This document shows, piece after piece, positions 16,653-25,061 of a DNA stretch of 39,325 nucleotides. Each line of letters opens with the position of its first letter. Position 1 is the stretch's first letter. Below the pieces are notes generated by a model. It was given only the letters and a program-made list of their open reading frames with translations, had not been told where the DNA came from and made no database searches. The stretch comes from Dehalococcoidia bacterium. Lineage in GTDB: Bacteria; Chloroflexota; Dehalococcoidia; UBA2979. Location of the stretch: positions 1 to 39,325 of the forward strand of contig SCVR01000015.1 of the NCBI GenBank assembly GCA_004296805.1. Reading direction: 5' to 3'. A program made the translations under genes and the position numbers.

Positions 16653-16760
16653 GGCCGTCTCACATCCCGTCGCACATCTCATTGTTGCCTATAGGCCGCT
16701 ATGGGCTGGTTTCCACGCTTGTTTCAGGCGTAATCGGCTACTCTGAGCGTACCAAACGGA

Positions 16761-16807
16761 CGCCTCCTAAGCGAAAGGTCGCGAGTTCGACTCTCGCCTG
16801 GGGCACC
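16761..16807 (+). other. attP common core, the 3' half of tRNA-Arg(CCT)
   Basis: CGC-CTCCTAA-GCG anticodon loop, T-arm GCGAG-TTCGACT-CTCGC, acceptor strand CTGGGGCA; no 5' half; adjacent to the int start. Confidence 0.88.
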
Positions 16808-16823
16808 CTAGTTTCATCCACTT

Positions 16824-16845
16824 TGACAGCCATCATGACAGCCAT
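16824..16845. repeat. candidate integrase arm-type sites TGACAGCCAT x2
   Basis: 10-bp direct repeat at 12-bp pitch; a related inverted copy at 16651-16660 and a 12-bp tandem repeat at 16655-16678. Confidence 0.6.
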
Positions 16846-16874
16846 TGGTCCGGATTTGCGCTACGCTCGCGCCC

Positions 16875-17291
16875 ATGAAGCGTGGCCTCGCCGCTACAGC
16901 CGCCCTCCTCGCGGTCCAGCTGGCCGCGCTGACACCGCAGGCCGCCGCTGAGCGACCGCGGGCCGACCTCACGCCCGGGTGCGTCGACTTCGACGAGTAC
17001 CGGTCGGCGTTCTGGGTCGAGACCAAGCAGCGCGTCGACCAGCGGCTCCGCTCCCACGGCCGCCGCGTGCCGTTCGCCGGCGAAGTCGACTTCGCGACCG
17101 GCGAGGCGTACGTCGATGGGTCCCGGTACGTGAAGTTCGTCTACCCGGGGTGCAGCGACGCGCTCGTCTACTTCATCTACGAGCGGCCCACCCGCTACCA
17201 CAAGTCACGGGTCTGGGTGCAGATGCGCTACCGAGACCACGACTTCCCGGGCAGGACCCGGTCAGCGGTACGCGGCGGGCACCTCAGGTAG
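16875..17291 (+). CDS. secreted hypothetical protein
   Basis: signal peptide MKRGLAATAALLAVQLAALTPQAAA; TACGCT 7 nt upstream of the ATG suggests a leaderless transcript. Confidence 0.75.
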   Translation: MKRGLAATAALLAVQLAALTPQAAAERPRADLTPGCVDFDEYRSAFWVETKQRVDQRLRSHGRRVPFAGEVDFATGEAYVDGSRYVKFVYPGCSDALVYFIYERPTRYHKSRVWVQMRYRDHDFPGRTRSAVRGGHLR

Positions 17292-18065
17292 CTCGCGCAC
17301 CCCAGAGACCGGGATCGTGACCGGGACGTAACAGAGGCCGTCGCGGTGGTCGGTGACAGTGCCGGCGGCCTCGGGGATCGTGCCGCCGTCGCCGAAGTCG
17401 ACCAGGGCGTTGCCGTAGATGGCCTGCACGTCAGCGTCGGCGCCCTTGTTGGCGCGGATCCCGTCCGGGAGCCACCGGTCGGCGCCGTTCCAGTCGCCTG
17501 AGAGCACGCAGGGGAGGCCGATCCGCTCGCAGGCGACCGCGTACGCGCCGAGCTCTCGCACGATGCGCCGGCGGGTCCTCTCGCTTGCGGCGCGAGCGCC
17601 CGGGACGTGTACGACGACCTTCGCGAGCGGTGCGCCGAGCGCCGTGACCAGCAGCCTGACGATCATGGAGATCCGTCGGACCCCGAACGCATACTTGAAC
17701 CGCAGTGCACAGCCGTCGGCGACCTCGAGGCGGCCACGGAGCGCGAGCGCGTTGGCGACGGTCAGCCGGCCCTTGGCCAGGACGGTGTTCGCGCGGCCAC
17801 GGATCCTCAGCCACTTCGGGTGCTCGGCCCACGCCGCGTTGCCGCGAGAGGAGTCCTCGTTGAGGGCCACCGCGACCGGTAGGTCGCGGGTCTCGACGCC
17901 GAGCGCCTTCGCGACCTTCCGGCGCGTCTGGGCGAGCATGGTGACCAGGCCGTGGACGCGCCGTGGGAACGGCCACAGCTTGGCCTTGGGTCCCCGGATC
18001 TGGCCGGGAGTGTTCCCGGCGACCGCCAGGACCGTGTCGGTGTCCGCTGTCGGGGGGCGTGTCAC
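17262..18065 (-). CDS. endonuclease/exonuclease/phosphatase (EEP) fold protein
   Basis: motifs in order: AGN, VALNE, VVVH, VLSGDWN, DVQAIY, TDH; GTG18065 overlaps the upstream TGA. Confidence 0.65.
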   Translation of the reverse strand: MTRPPTADTDTVLAVAGNTPGQIRGPKAKLWPFPRRVHGLVTMLAQTRRKVAKALGVETRDLPVAVALNEDSSRGNAAWAEHPKWLRIRGRANTVLAKGRLTVANALALRGRLEVADGCALRFKYAFGVRRISMIVRLLVTALGAPLAKVVVHVPGARAASERTRRRIVRELGAYAVACERIGLPCVLSGDWNGADRWLPDGIRANKGADADVQAIYGNALVDFGDGGTIPEAAGTVTDHRDGLCYVPVTIPVSGVRELPEVPAAYR

Positions 18066-18178
18066 AGGCCTATCCGTCCCTGGGCGTGGTCGTGGATGAT
18101 CGCGCCGACCACGGCGCCGATGATCGGCGCGGCGACACCGAGCAGCACCCCGAGAAAGAACACGACGGGGCGGCTCAC
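18062..18178 (-). CDS. small TM protein (holin-like)
   Basis: VSRPVVFFLGVLLGVAAPIIGAVVGAIIHDHAQGRIGL; GTGA overlaps at both ends. Confidence 0.65.
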   Translation of the reverse strand: MSRPVVFFLGVLLGVAAPIIGAVVGAIIHDHAQGRIGL

Positions 18179-18255
18179 CGCGCACCCACGATGAACATCA
18201 GCCCGAACCCGATCACCAGGCCCAGGAAGACGTACGGGAGCAGGCCGCGGTTCAT
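18175..18255 (-). CDS. 26-aa single-TM peptide
   Basis: own translation MNRGLLPYVFLGLVIGFGLMFIVGAR; ATGA overlap with the endolysin stop and GTGA overlap with the next gene. Confidence 0.65.
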   Translation of the reverse strand: MNRGLLPYVFLGLVIGFGLMFIVGAR

Positions 18256-18980
18256 TCCTCGGCCCGGTCCCTCCGGTGCTCCTGGCGCACCACGCTCGGG
18301 GCGTTCGCGGCCTGCTTGAGCAGCTGCTCGACCGCGAGCTCCTGGCCCTTCGGCTTGTACCGCATGAACGCCTCGACCAGCTTCTCGGCGTCAGCATCAG
18401 TCAGCGCCATGATGCCCTCCTCTTCCTTGTTCACCAGCGCCCGTGCGTGGGCGAGGATCTCGGGTAGCTGCGCGATCCGTACGTCGGTCGGGCAGACCTT
18501 CCCGCGGCTCCCCGACCACAGCTCGCCCCCCGAGACGCGGCCCGGGAACCGGTAGCGGGAGAAGTCACCGTCGATGCCCTGCCGGTGGTACGCCAGCCCC
18601 CGGGACATGGCCCGGCTGTTCGGGCACAGCTCGAGGGGGATGTCGTGGGTCTGGTGCGCCCAGGCGAGGATCCGGCCGTTCGCCTCGACCTGCTCGAGAG
18701 TCAGCGGCACCCACTCCGGGAGCGTCGGAGTGCCGCCGAACCTGGGCCCGTGGTCCTCGTTCTCGATGGCGATGACCCGGTGGTTGCCGTTGAGGTTGGC
18801 CGCGGACCGGTAGCGGGTGTCGCGGGACTGCAGGATGGTCCCGTCGGCCTTGACCGAGAAGTGCGCGGCGTGCGCCGGCGCATAGCCGACGATGGTGTGC
18901 ACGCAGACCACGTCGTAGCGGTCCATCTCGACCTTCGGAGAGTGCTCGCCCTGCCACAGCGCGCCCGGCATCTTGGCCAC
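18252..18980 (-). CDS. endolysin, N-acetylmuramoyl-L-alanine amidase (Amidase_2-like)
   Basis: VCVHT...AHFSV..DG.I.Q...AIENED...YHRQG...GKVCP zinc-amidase pattern. Confidence 0.88.
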   Translation of the reverse strand: MAKMPGALWQGEHSPKVEMDRYDVVCVHTIVGYAPAHAAHFSVKADGTILQSRDTRYRSAANLNGNHRVIAIENEDHGPRFGGTPTLPEWVPLTLEQVEANGRILAWAHQTHDIPLELCPNSRAMSRGLAYHRQGIDGDFSRYRFPGRVSGGELWSGSRGKVCPTDVRIAQLPEILAHARALVNKEEEGIMALTDADAEKLVEAFMRYKPKGQELAVEQLLKQAANAPSVVRQEHRRDRAEE

Positions 18981-18982
18981 GA

Positions 18983-19417
18983 TCAGGCTTCCTTGATGTG
19001 GGTGACGGTGAGAAGCGCCGGGACGGTGGAGGCAGCGCCGCGGTAGACGTTCCCGGTCCCGGCGTAACGGTCGCCGGTCGCCACGAACGTCTTGTTCCCG
19101 GTGGCCGTGGCGGTGTACTCACGGCGCACGTAGAACGCCTTGATCACCGACGCGATCGGCATCACGCCGACGTCGAACGCGAGGAGCGTGCCGGTCAGAT
19201 TGTCCTCGCGGAGGTTGACCTGGACCTGGTCGTTGGCGACGCTCGAGGCGAACCCCGCCCAGAACTCCACGAGATACCGTTCGCCGTTGACGAGCGCAGC
19301 GGTGACGGAGTCGGTGACCGTCTCGGTCGTCGTGAACGTCGTCGAGTTCGACGTCGCGGTGGTCGTGGCGATCCGGCCGCCGTGCCAGGCCTCGATCACC
19401 TCACCAGCACTGGGCAT
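18983..19417 (-). CDS. minor tail/virion protein
   Basis: Thr-rich, beta-strand-like protein following the large tail protein. Confidence 0.65.
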   Translation of the reverse strand: MPSAGEVIEAWHGGRIATTTATSNSTTFTTTETVTDSVTAALVNGERYLVEFWAGFASSVANDQVQVNLREDNLTGTLLAFDVGVMPIASVIKAFYVRREYTATATGNKTFVATGDRYAGTGNVYRGAASTVPALLTVTHIKEA

Positions 19418-19432
19418 GGTTCCTCCTGATGC

Positions 19433-22006
19433 TCATAGGGCGTACACAGCTGGCTTGAACAGGCGCACCGCGGCGCCGCTGGCGTGGGACTTCACGACCC
19501 CGTTGACCGAGCGGGTCACGGTGAGGGTCTGCGGCGAGGAGGAGCCGGTGACGGCGGTGACGGTCATCCGTTCCCCGCCGATGACGATGTCGAAGGGCTG
19601 GTCGACCGCGGTCCACAGGTAGCTCGTGGCGATGTCGACGCCGGTCTCGGTGGTGTCGAGGGCCTCGTTGAGGGTGGTGCTCGACGAGGAGTAACGGGCC
19701 TCCCCGGGGCCGGTGGTGTCGCCGTAGACGGCGACATCCCACGGCGACGCGGGGGAACAGTTGGCCTCGATCTGCCAGTCGAACGGGGTGAGGGTCTCGG
19801 TCAGCCCCTGGGCGAGCTGGGCGGTGTCGTCGGGGGAGACCCAGGTCGGGAGGTTGGCCACGGTGATCTTGTCGCCGAGGTCGAGGCCCTCGGCCTGCAC
19901 GGTCTGCGTGGTCGTGGCGAGGGCGGTGGTGAACGTCACCGCCGCGGACCCCTCCCAGACCTGCACCGCGTCCACCCAGGCCAGGTCCCCGGCGGTCGGG
20001 GCCGGGGTCGGCCACACCTGGACTACGTGGCTCGTCGCCGTGGCGGTGAACGTCTTCGTGAACCGGGTGAACGCGTCCTTCGTGGTCATCGCCGACCCCC
20101 CACCGATGCCGGCGATCACCAGCGCGAGGCCCGGGTCGCCGGTCGGCACGTACCCGTACGCGGACACGGTGTAGGTGCGGCCGATGGTCAGGCCGGTGAC
20201 GGTGGTCTGTGCCAGCGGGAGCACGCCGCCGGTGCCCCACGCGATCCTGAGGGACTGGGTGCCGTCCTGGGCTCGCGTGTTGGACTGCGACAGGGTCGGC
20301 GGCACCGACCCGCCAGCCGACCAGTCGGCCACCGAGGTCTCCATCGACGCCTGATTCGCCGTCAGGTAGTTCCCGACCTCGCTGGTGAAGTTCGACCGGG
20401 CGAGGTTGACGCCGATGGCGGGGAACCGGGCCTCGTCGACGGTGCCGAGGTGCAGCCGCCAGCCCGCCTGATGGGGCAGCTGTGCGTCGTACGCCAGGTT
20501 GAGACTGACGCTGTCGTCGTAGCGGCCCACACCGTCCGGGGGGTCGTTGACGGACATGGAGCCGGTGGCGAGCTCGACGCGGGCCGATGCTCCACCGATC
20601 CGGGAGACCGTCACGTCGTTGCGGGTGGCCTGATCGTCCTCGGTCGGCTCGATCCGCGACAGATCCTGCGCGGAGTAGTCCACCTCGAGGGTGGCGTCCT
20701 GGCAGTACAGGTCGGCGCGCGTGCGGTAGGCCAGGCCGAGAGAGTCCCGCGGCTCGTAGAGGATCCCCCCGTCGGCAGCGGCCGCCTCACGCAGGAGGTC
20801 CAGCAGCGTCCGCGGCAGCTGGGACCCGACCGGGGCGGTGGCAGCGGAGGTCCCGACGATGGTGACCCCGACGCTCTCCTCGCCACACAGCCGCGTGACG
20901 CGGGCCCCCGCGGTCTCCCCGGCGTACGCGGCAAGCAGGTCAGCCATGTCGTCGATGTTGGTGACCTCGGACTGCACCCACACGTGCCCGAGCGCGACCT
21001 CGTCCTCGGCGGCGAAGCTGTTGGCGTGGTTCATGACGACGCTCTGGATCGCCCCCACGTTGTAGGTCCCGGCGAGCGCGGTCCCCGTCCCGGAGAACGT
21101 GGTGCCGGTCGTGGCGCCGACCTCGAGCGTCGAGACCGTCCAGTCGACGTCAGCCGTGCCATCGGAGGTCAGCTCGACCGAGACCAGGAGAAGCCGGCCT
21201 TCGACGTCGAAGGACAGGGCCCCTGAGGTCTCGGAGAACAGGATCGAGGCGTTGGACCCGGTCAGTGTCAGGGCGCCTGCGGTGTCGACGGTGAGCACCC
21301 ATTCGGCGGTCGCGTCGGTGAAGTGGCACAGCCGCAGTGTCGACGCGACGCCCGCTTCGGGGACCGCGAGCAGGAACCGGATCTGCGCCTCGTTGGTGCC
21401 GACGTAGGCCGCCACGGGCCCGGTCCAGGTCACCACCCCGGCCGCGGTGGGGATCGGCTCGGATGCCTCGAACCCGTCGAAGCTGGCAGCCTCCACCGAG
21501 CCGTTGAGCGTCATCGCCGGCTTCCCGGGTAGCGCGGAGGCGAGCTGGGTGGCGCCCTCGCCGTCCTCACACGGCCAGTACGCCACCAAAGACGGCAGGC
21601 CAGGCACGCCGCGGCGCAGCGCCGACTGCAGGAACGCCTGGCCCTGCCCCAGCCGCCGCATGATCCCGGAGGCCGTCACCGACACCCACACATCGCTGCC
21701 GGAGCGCTCCGAGAGCGGCGGCCAGGCAGGCACCTCACCGGTGAACCGAACACCGCCGTTGACCGAGACCCGCAGAGGCGTGTTCCGGCCCAGCAGTCCG
21801 TAGTAGGCGCCGGTCGGGTTCCGCGGCGAGTAGTTCCCCGACCTGTTGTCGAGCGTCACGCTGCACGTCGACGGGCCGGCCCGCGAGGACTCGTTCGGCC
21901 GGCCCCGTTTGATCTTGATCGGGTCCCGCTGCAGCACGTCGGCAGACACGTCGGTCCAGACACCGTCGATCTGCAGCTCGGTGGTGATGTCGAGGGGGAA
22001 CGTCAT
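19433..22006 (-). CDS. large minor tail protein (LamG-like region and CBM-like insert)
   Basis: ATG22006 overlaps the tape-measure stop; TLDNRSGNYSPRNPTG, LVAYWPCEDG, TVTRSVNGVVKSH. Confidence 0.85.
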   Translation of the reverse strand: MTFPLDITTELQIDGVWTDVSADVLQRDPIKIKRGRPNESSRAGPSTCSVTLDNRSGNYSPRNPTGAYYGLLGRNTPLRVSVNGGVRFTGEVPAWPPLSERSGSDVWVSVTASGIMRRLGQGQAFLQSALRRGVPGLPSLVAYWPCEDGEGATQLASALPGKPAMTLNGSVEAASFDGFEASEPIPTAAGVVTWTGPVAAYVGTNEAQIRFLLAVPEAGVASTLRLCHFTDATAEWVLTVDTAGALTLTGSNASILFSETSGALSFDVEGRLLLVSVELTSDGTADVDWTVSTLEVGATTGTTFSGTGTALAGTYNVGAIQSVVMNHANSFAAEDEVALGHVWVQSEVTNIDDMADLLAAYAGETAGARVTRLCGEESVGVTIVGTSAATAPVGSQLPRTLLDLLREAAAADGGILYEPRDSLGLAYRTRADLYCQDATLEVDYSAQDLSRIEPTEDDQATRNDVTVSRIGGASARVELATGSMSVNDPPDGVGRYDDSVSLNLAYDAQLPHQAGWRLHLGTVDEARFPAIGVNLARSNFTSEVGNYLTANQASMETSVADWSAGGSVPPTLSQSNTRAQDGTQSLRIAWGTGGVLPLAQTTVTGLTIGRTYTVSAYGYVPTGDPGLALVIAGIGGGSAMTTKDAFTRFTKTFTATATSHVVQVWPTPAPTAGDLAWVDAVQVWEGSAAVTFTTALATTTQTVQAEGLDLGDKITVANLPTWVSPDDTAQLAQGLTETLTPFDWQIEANCSPASPWDVAVYGDTTGPGEARYSSSSTTLNEALDTTETGVDIATSYLWTAVDQPFDIVIGGERMTVTAVTGSSSPQTLTVTRSVNGVVKSHASGAAVRLFKPAVYAL

Positions 22007-23622
22007 GTGCCGAGCACCACCTGGACGTCGCCACCCTGGACCCGGATCGCGCCACGCAGCAGCTCGAGGAGGAAGTCGTCGATCCGGGACCCGGAGGACC
22101 GCAGCTCGAGCACCACGCGGCCGCCACCGCCGCGGCCGCCGGCGAGCATGGCCTCGCTGGTGCCGTTGGGGATGACCGTGGACCCCTGGGGGAGCCTGAC
22201 GAGCTCGCGGCCACGCTCGCCGACGATCGCGAGGCCACCGTGGATGCCTCCGCGGGCCATCGAGGGGATGTGGAACGAGTTCCCACCGACACCGGGCACC
22301 CAGTCGGGAATGGTGAACCCGAACCCGCCGACTGTGGCGTTCCACATCGACTTCACCGCGGTGAAAGCGGTCGTGAACGGGGAGGAGATCATGCTGGCGA
22401 GGCCCTTGAACGCTGCCTCGATGTCCCCCGGCACGCCCTTGAAGAACTCGACGATCTTGTTCTTGTTCTTCGAGATCGCCAGCACCGCGAGACCGAAGGG
22501 GCCGGTCAGGATCGCCAGCAGCAGAGGCCAGTTCTGCTTCACCCAGTTGAACGCGAACGCCGCGGCAGCCTGCACAGCCCGGAACGCGCCGTCGACGATG
22601 TTCCGGAAGGTCTCGGAGTTCTTGTAGGCCACGATCAGGATCGCGACCAGGGCGACGATGGCCGCTACGACCAGGCCGATGGGGTTCATGGCCAGCGCGA
22701 GGTTCAGGAGCCGCTGCGCGCCGGCCCAGACGGTGGTGGCAGCGGTCACCACCGTGGTGGCGGCCGCGTAGGCCGTCATCGCCACGTGCACGGTGATGAT
22801 GGCCACCCCCAGGGCAGCGAGTACCCCGGCGACGATCATCACCACGTTGGTGTGCTCGGCCATGAACCCGGTCGCGGTCTGCACGATCGACACCAGGGTG
22901 TCCATCAGGGGCAGCAGCCCGGTGCCGAGGGACTCCTGGAGGTTCTCGAAGGCGATACCCATCGCCTCGCCGCTGGTCTTGCTGGCCTCCGCGGAGCCGG
23001 CGAACTTCTCCTCGACCTTGGACAGGATGGCGTCCTGTGCCTCGCCGAGCTGGTTCGACTCGACCAGGGCCTTGATCCGGTCTTCCTCGGCCTCGGTGAA
23101 CTCGACGCCGGCCTTCTTCAGCTTCCCGAGGTTGTCGATCGGGTTCTGCAGCATCTGGCCGAGCTTGTTCGCGTTCTGCTCGGCGGACCCGAAGCCCTTC
23201 GCGGCCATGTCCTGGGCGGCCACCGTGGCCCGGTCGAAGGCGCCGCCGGCCTCGTCGGCTGTCGCCGCGACGGCCTTGTACGTGCCCAGCTTGGCCTGGG
23301 TGAGCTTGATGACCTCCCCGTCGATCGCGAGCTGCCGCTCGAGCTGGTCGGCGTACGCCGCGGCCCGGTCGACCGCGTCGCCGTAGCCGGCGTTCTCGAG
23401 CGAGTTCGCCAGCTGGTCCTGCGCGATCTTGGCCTCTTCAGCCTTCCCGGCCACCATGAACGCGCCACCGGCCATCGCGGTCAGCCCGACAGCGGCGATC
23501 CCGGCGGCCTTGCCGACCTTCGACCCGAACGAGGAGGCAGACTTGTCGGCGGAGTCGAACCCTTCCTTGGTCTCGTCCTTCGACTTGACCGCGATCTCGA
23601 CGACGTTCCCACCGAATCCCAT
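22003..23622 (-). CDS. tape measure protein (short, 539 aa)
   Basis: Ala-rich helical protein, NPIGLVVAAIVAL...AYKNSETFRNIVD, VGERGRELV; follows the chaperones. Confidence 0.92.
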   Translation of the reverse strand: MGFGGNVVEIAVKSKDETKEGFDSADKSASSFGSKVGKAAGIAAVGLTAMAGGAFMVAGKAEEAKIAQDQLANSLENAGYGDAVDRAAAYADQLERQLAIDGEVIKLTQAKLGTYKAVAATADEAGGAFDRATVAAQDMAAKGFGSAEQNANKLGQMLQNPIDNLGKLKKAGVEFTEAEEDRIKALVESNQLGEAQDAILSKVEEKFAGSAEASKTSGEAMGIAFENLQESLGTGLLPLMDTLVSIVQTATGFMAEHTNVVMIVAGVLAALGVAIITVHVAMTAYAAATTVVTAATTVWAGAQRLLNLALAMNPIGLVVAAIVALVAILIVAYKNSETFRNIVDGAFRAVQAAAAFAFNWVKQNWPLLLAILTGPFGLAVLAISKNKNKIVEFFKGVPGDIEAAFKGLASMISSPFTTAFTAVKSMWNATVGGFGFTIPDWVPGVGGNSFHIPSMARGGIHGGLAIVGERGRELVRLPQGSTVIPNGTSEAMLAGGRGGGGRVVLELRSSGSRIDDFLLELLRGAIRVQGGDVQVVLGT

Positions 23623-23625
23623 CTG

Positions 23626-23853
23626 CTACACCTCCTCCTCCGGTTGTGGGGTCCGTCCCAGGTCCTCGATCGCCAGCAGACGCACCATCGACGCGTCCTC
23701 GGCCATCAGCTGACTAGGGAGGCACCCGAATCGCTCGCAGTTCCTGAGGACGAACTCGGCCCACTCGAGCTCTGGGGGCTTGGCGACAACGGCTCCATCG
23801 GCAGTGACCCCTCCAGGGACGGCCTTCCACTGCTCGATGGCTGCGGTAAAGGG
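23626..23853 (-). CDS. tail assembly chaperone, -1 frameshift extension
   Basis: -1 frame DPFTAAIEQWK...CERFGCLPSQLMAED begins at the slippery heptamer. Confidence 0.75.
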   Translation of the reverse strand, partial: PFTAAIEQWKAVPGGVTADGAVVAKPPELEWAEFVLRNCERFGCLPSQLMAEDASMVRLLAIEDLGRTPQPEEEV

Positions 23854-24191
23854 GTCCCGGCAGCCTGGACCCCCTCGAGCCAGGCCTGAACGATCCTCAT
23901 CACGAACCCGAGGTCCTGCGACTGCAGTCCTTCGGCGGTGGCCGGGATGGGGGTGTCGTCGTCGTTCTCGAGGTTCCACTCGACCAGGTGCTCGGCGAAG
24001 CCGCTGAAGAAGTCCGACACCAGGCCGAGCTCGGCCGGGGTCAGCTGGTCGGCGCGTTTCCCCGTGAGCGGGGCCATCTTCATGGCCTTCTCGAGGAACC
24101 CCAGCGGCGGGGCGTACGCCGACACCTCGAGCCCCTCGAGGTCGCCGTCGAAGACCAGCTTGTAGATGGTCCGCTGGACCTTGAACCCCAT
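23706..24191 (-). CDS. tail assembly chaperone
   Basis: lies between the tail tube and tape measure genes; LVEWNLE...IPATAEGL; Ser-rich tail after the slippery site. Confidence 0.85.
   Translation of the reverse strand: MGFKVQRTIYKLVFDGDLEGLEVSAYAPPLGFLEKAMKMAPLTGKRADQLTPAELGLVSDFFSGFAEHLVEWNLENDDDTPIPATAEGLQSQDLGFVMRIVQAWLEGVQAAGTPLPQPSSSGRPSLEGSLPMEPLSPSPQSSSGPSSSSGTASDSGASLVS
23847..23853 (-). other. programmed -1 ribosomal frameshift site C CCT TTA
   Basis: X XXY YYZ heptamer in the correct phase (ACC CCT TTA) linking the two chaperone frames. Confidence 0.8.
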
Positions 24192-24194
24192 GCG

Positions 24195-24602
24195 TCAGGC
24201 CCAGGTGGGCACGGTGCCGTCGGCGAGGACGCCCGGCGCCGAGAAGGTCAGCGCACCGTCTGCGCCCCTGGTGAGGGCGTAGTCGGTGAACACGCACTCG
24301 TTGGGCAGGGTCTGCCCGGACACGGCGAGCGTCACCGTCCTGTTGACCGACGTCGACGGGACGGTCTTGAACACGTCGTGCGACATGTTCGCGGCGTCGT
24401 TGAACACCCCGGACAGCTCGATCGAGAAGTCGGCGAGCAGCAGCAGCCGCTCCATGGCCGACTTGTCGACACCGGTCACGTCCTGCACCCCGCGGGGGGT
24501 CGCGAACGAGAAGTTCGTGATGTCGTTCTTGATCGCCCGCGCGGTGCCGCCCGAGTCGTCGACGCTCAGCGTCGTCCAACCGAGCCCGGTCTCCTTGGCC
24601 AT
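24195..24602 (-). CDS. major tail (tube) protein, short paralog
   Basis: immediately precedes the chaperone; PRGVQDVTGVDKSAMERLLL. Confidence 0.75.
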   Translation of the reverse strand: MAKETGLGWTTLSVDDSGGTARAIKNDITNFSFATPRGVQDVTGVDKSAMERLLLLADFSIELSGVFNDAANMSHDVFKTVPSTSVNRTVTLAVSGQTLPNECVFTDYALTRGADGALTFSAPGVLADGTVPTWA

Positions 24603-24605
24603 GGT

Positions 24606-25061
24606 CTAGCCCCTTTCCCTTCTGTCGGCGAGCCGCTCTTGGTGCTCGCCGAAGTCGTCGACCCACGTCTGGGGGTCGTTGTGGATCCGCGGCTTGGTGC
24701 CGCGGGGGTTGCCTCGGTGGTCGCCGTCGCGTACGACGTAGATCTCGGGTCGGTCGACACGGGCCACGTGCTGGTCGCCGAGGAAGCAGGCCTGTCCGGC
24801 CTCGAACGTGAACGTCGTCATCGCCGCCTCGCGGACCTCGGTGTACCGGCGGCGGGCCTGGTTGCGGATGTAGTAGGCCTGCGCCTGGCCGAGCTCGGTC
24901 GACTCGTCGACGCGGGTCTGCCACCCGTGGAGGTAGTTCGGGCAGTCGACGTCGGCGCAGGTGGCGGCCCGCCAGTGCGTGTCCTTCGGCGCCACGATGG
25001 AGTAGGTCTTCATGTGCTGCGCCGGGAGGGCCGGGGCGAGACGGAACGGCTGCCGCTGCAT
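24606..25061 (-). CDS. hypothetical protein between the tail tube paralogs
   Basis: 151 aa; CADVDC motif. Confidence 0.75.
   Translation of the reverse strand: MQRQPFRLAPALPAQHMKTYSIVAPKDTHWRAATCADVDCPNYLHGWQTRVDESTELGQAQAYYIRNQARRRYTEVREAAMTTFTFEAGQACFLGDQHVARVDRPEIYVVRDGDHRGNPRGTKPRIHNDPQTWVDDFGEHQERLADRRERG

Noticed and set aside
16730-16807. Complete phage-encoded tRNA-Arg
   Set aside because: No D-arm or 5' acceptor strand, and the anticodon stem has only 3 bp; better explained as the attP core
16823-16828. TTGACA as the -35 of the secreted-protein gene
   Set aside because: Spacing to the TACGCT -10 is ~33 nt; the hexamer is part of the arm-type repeat
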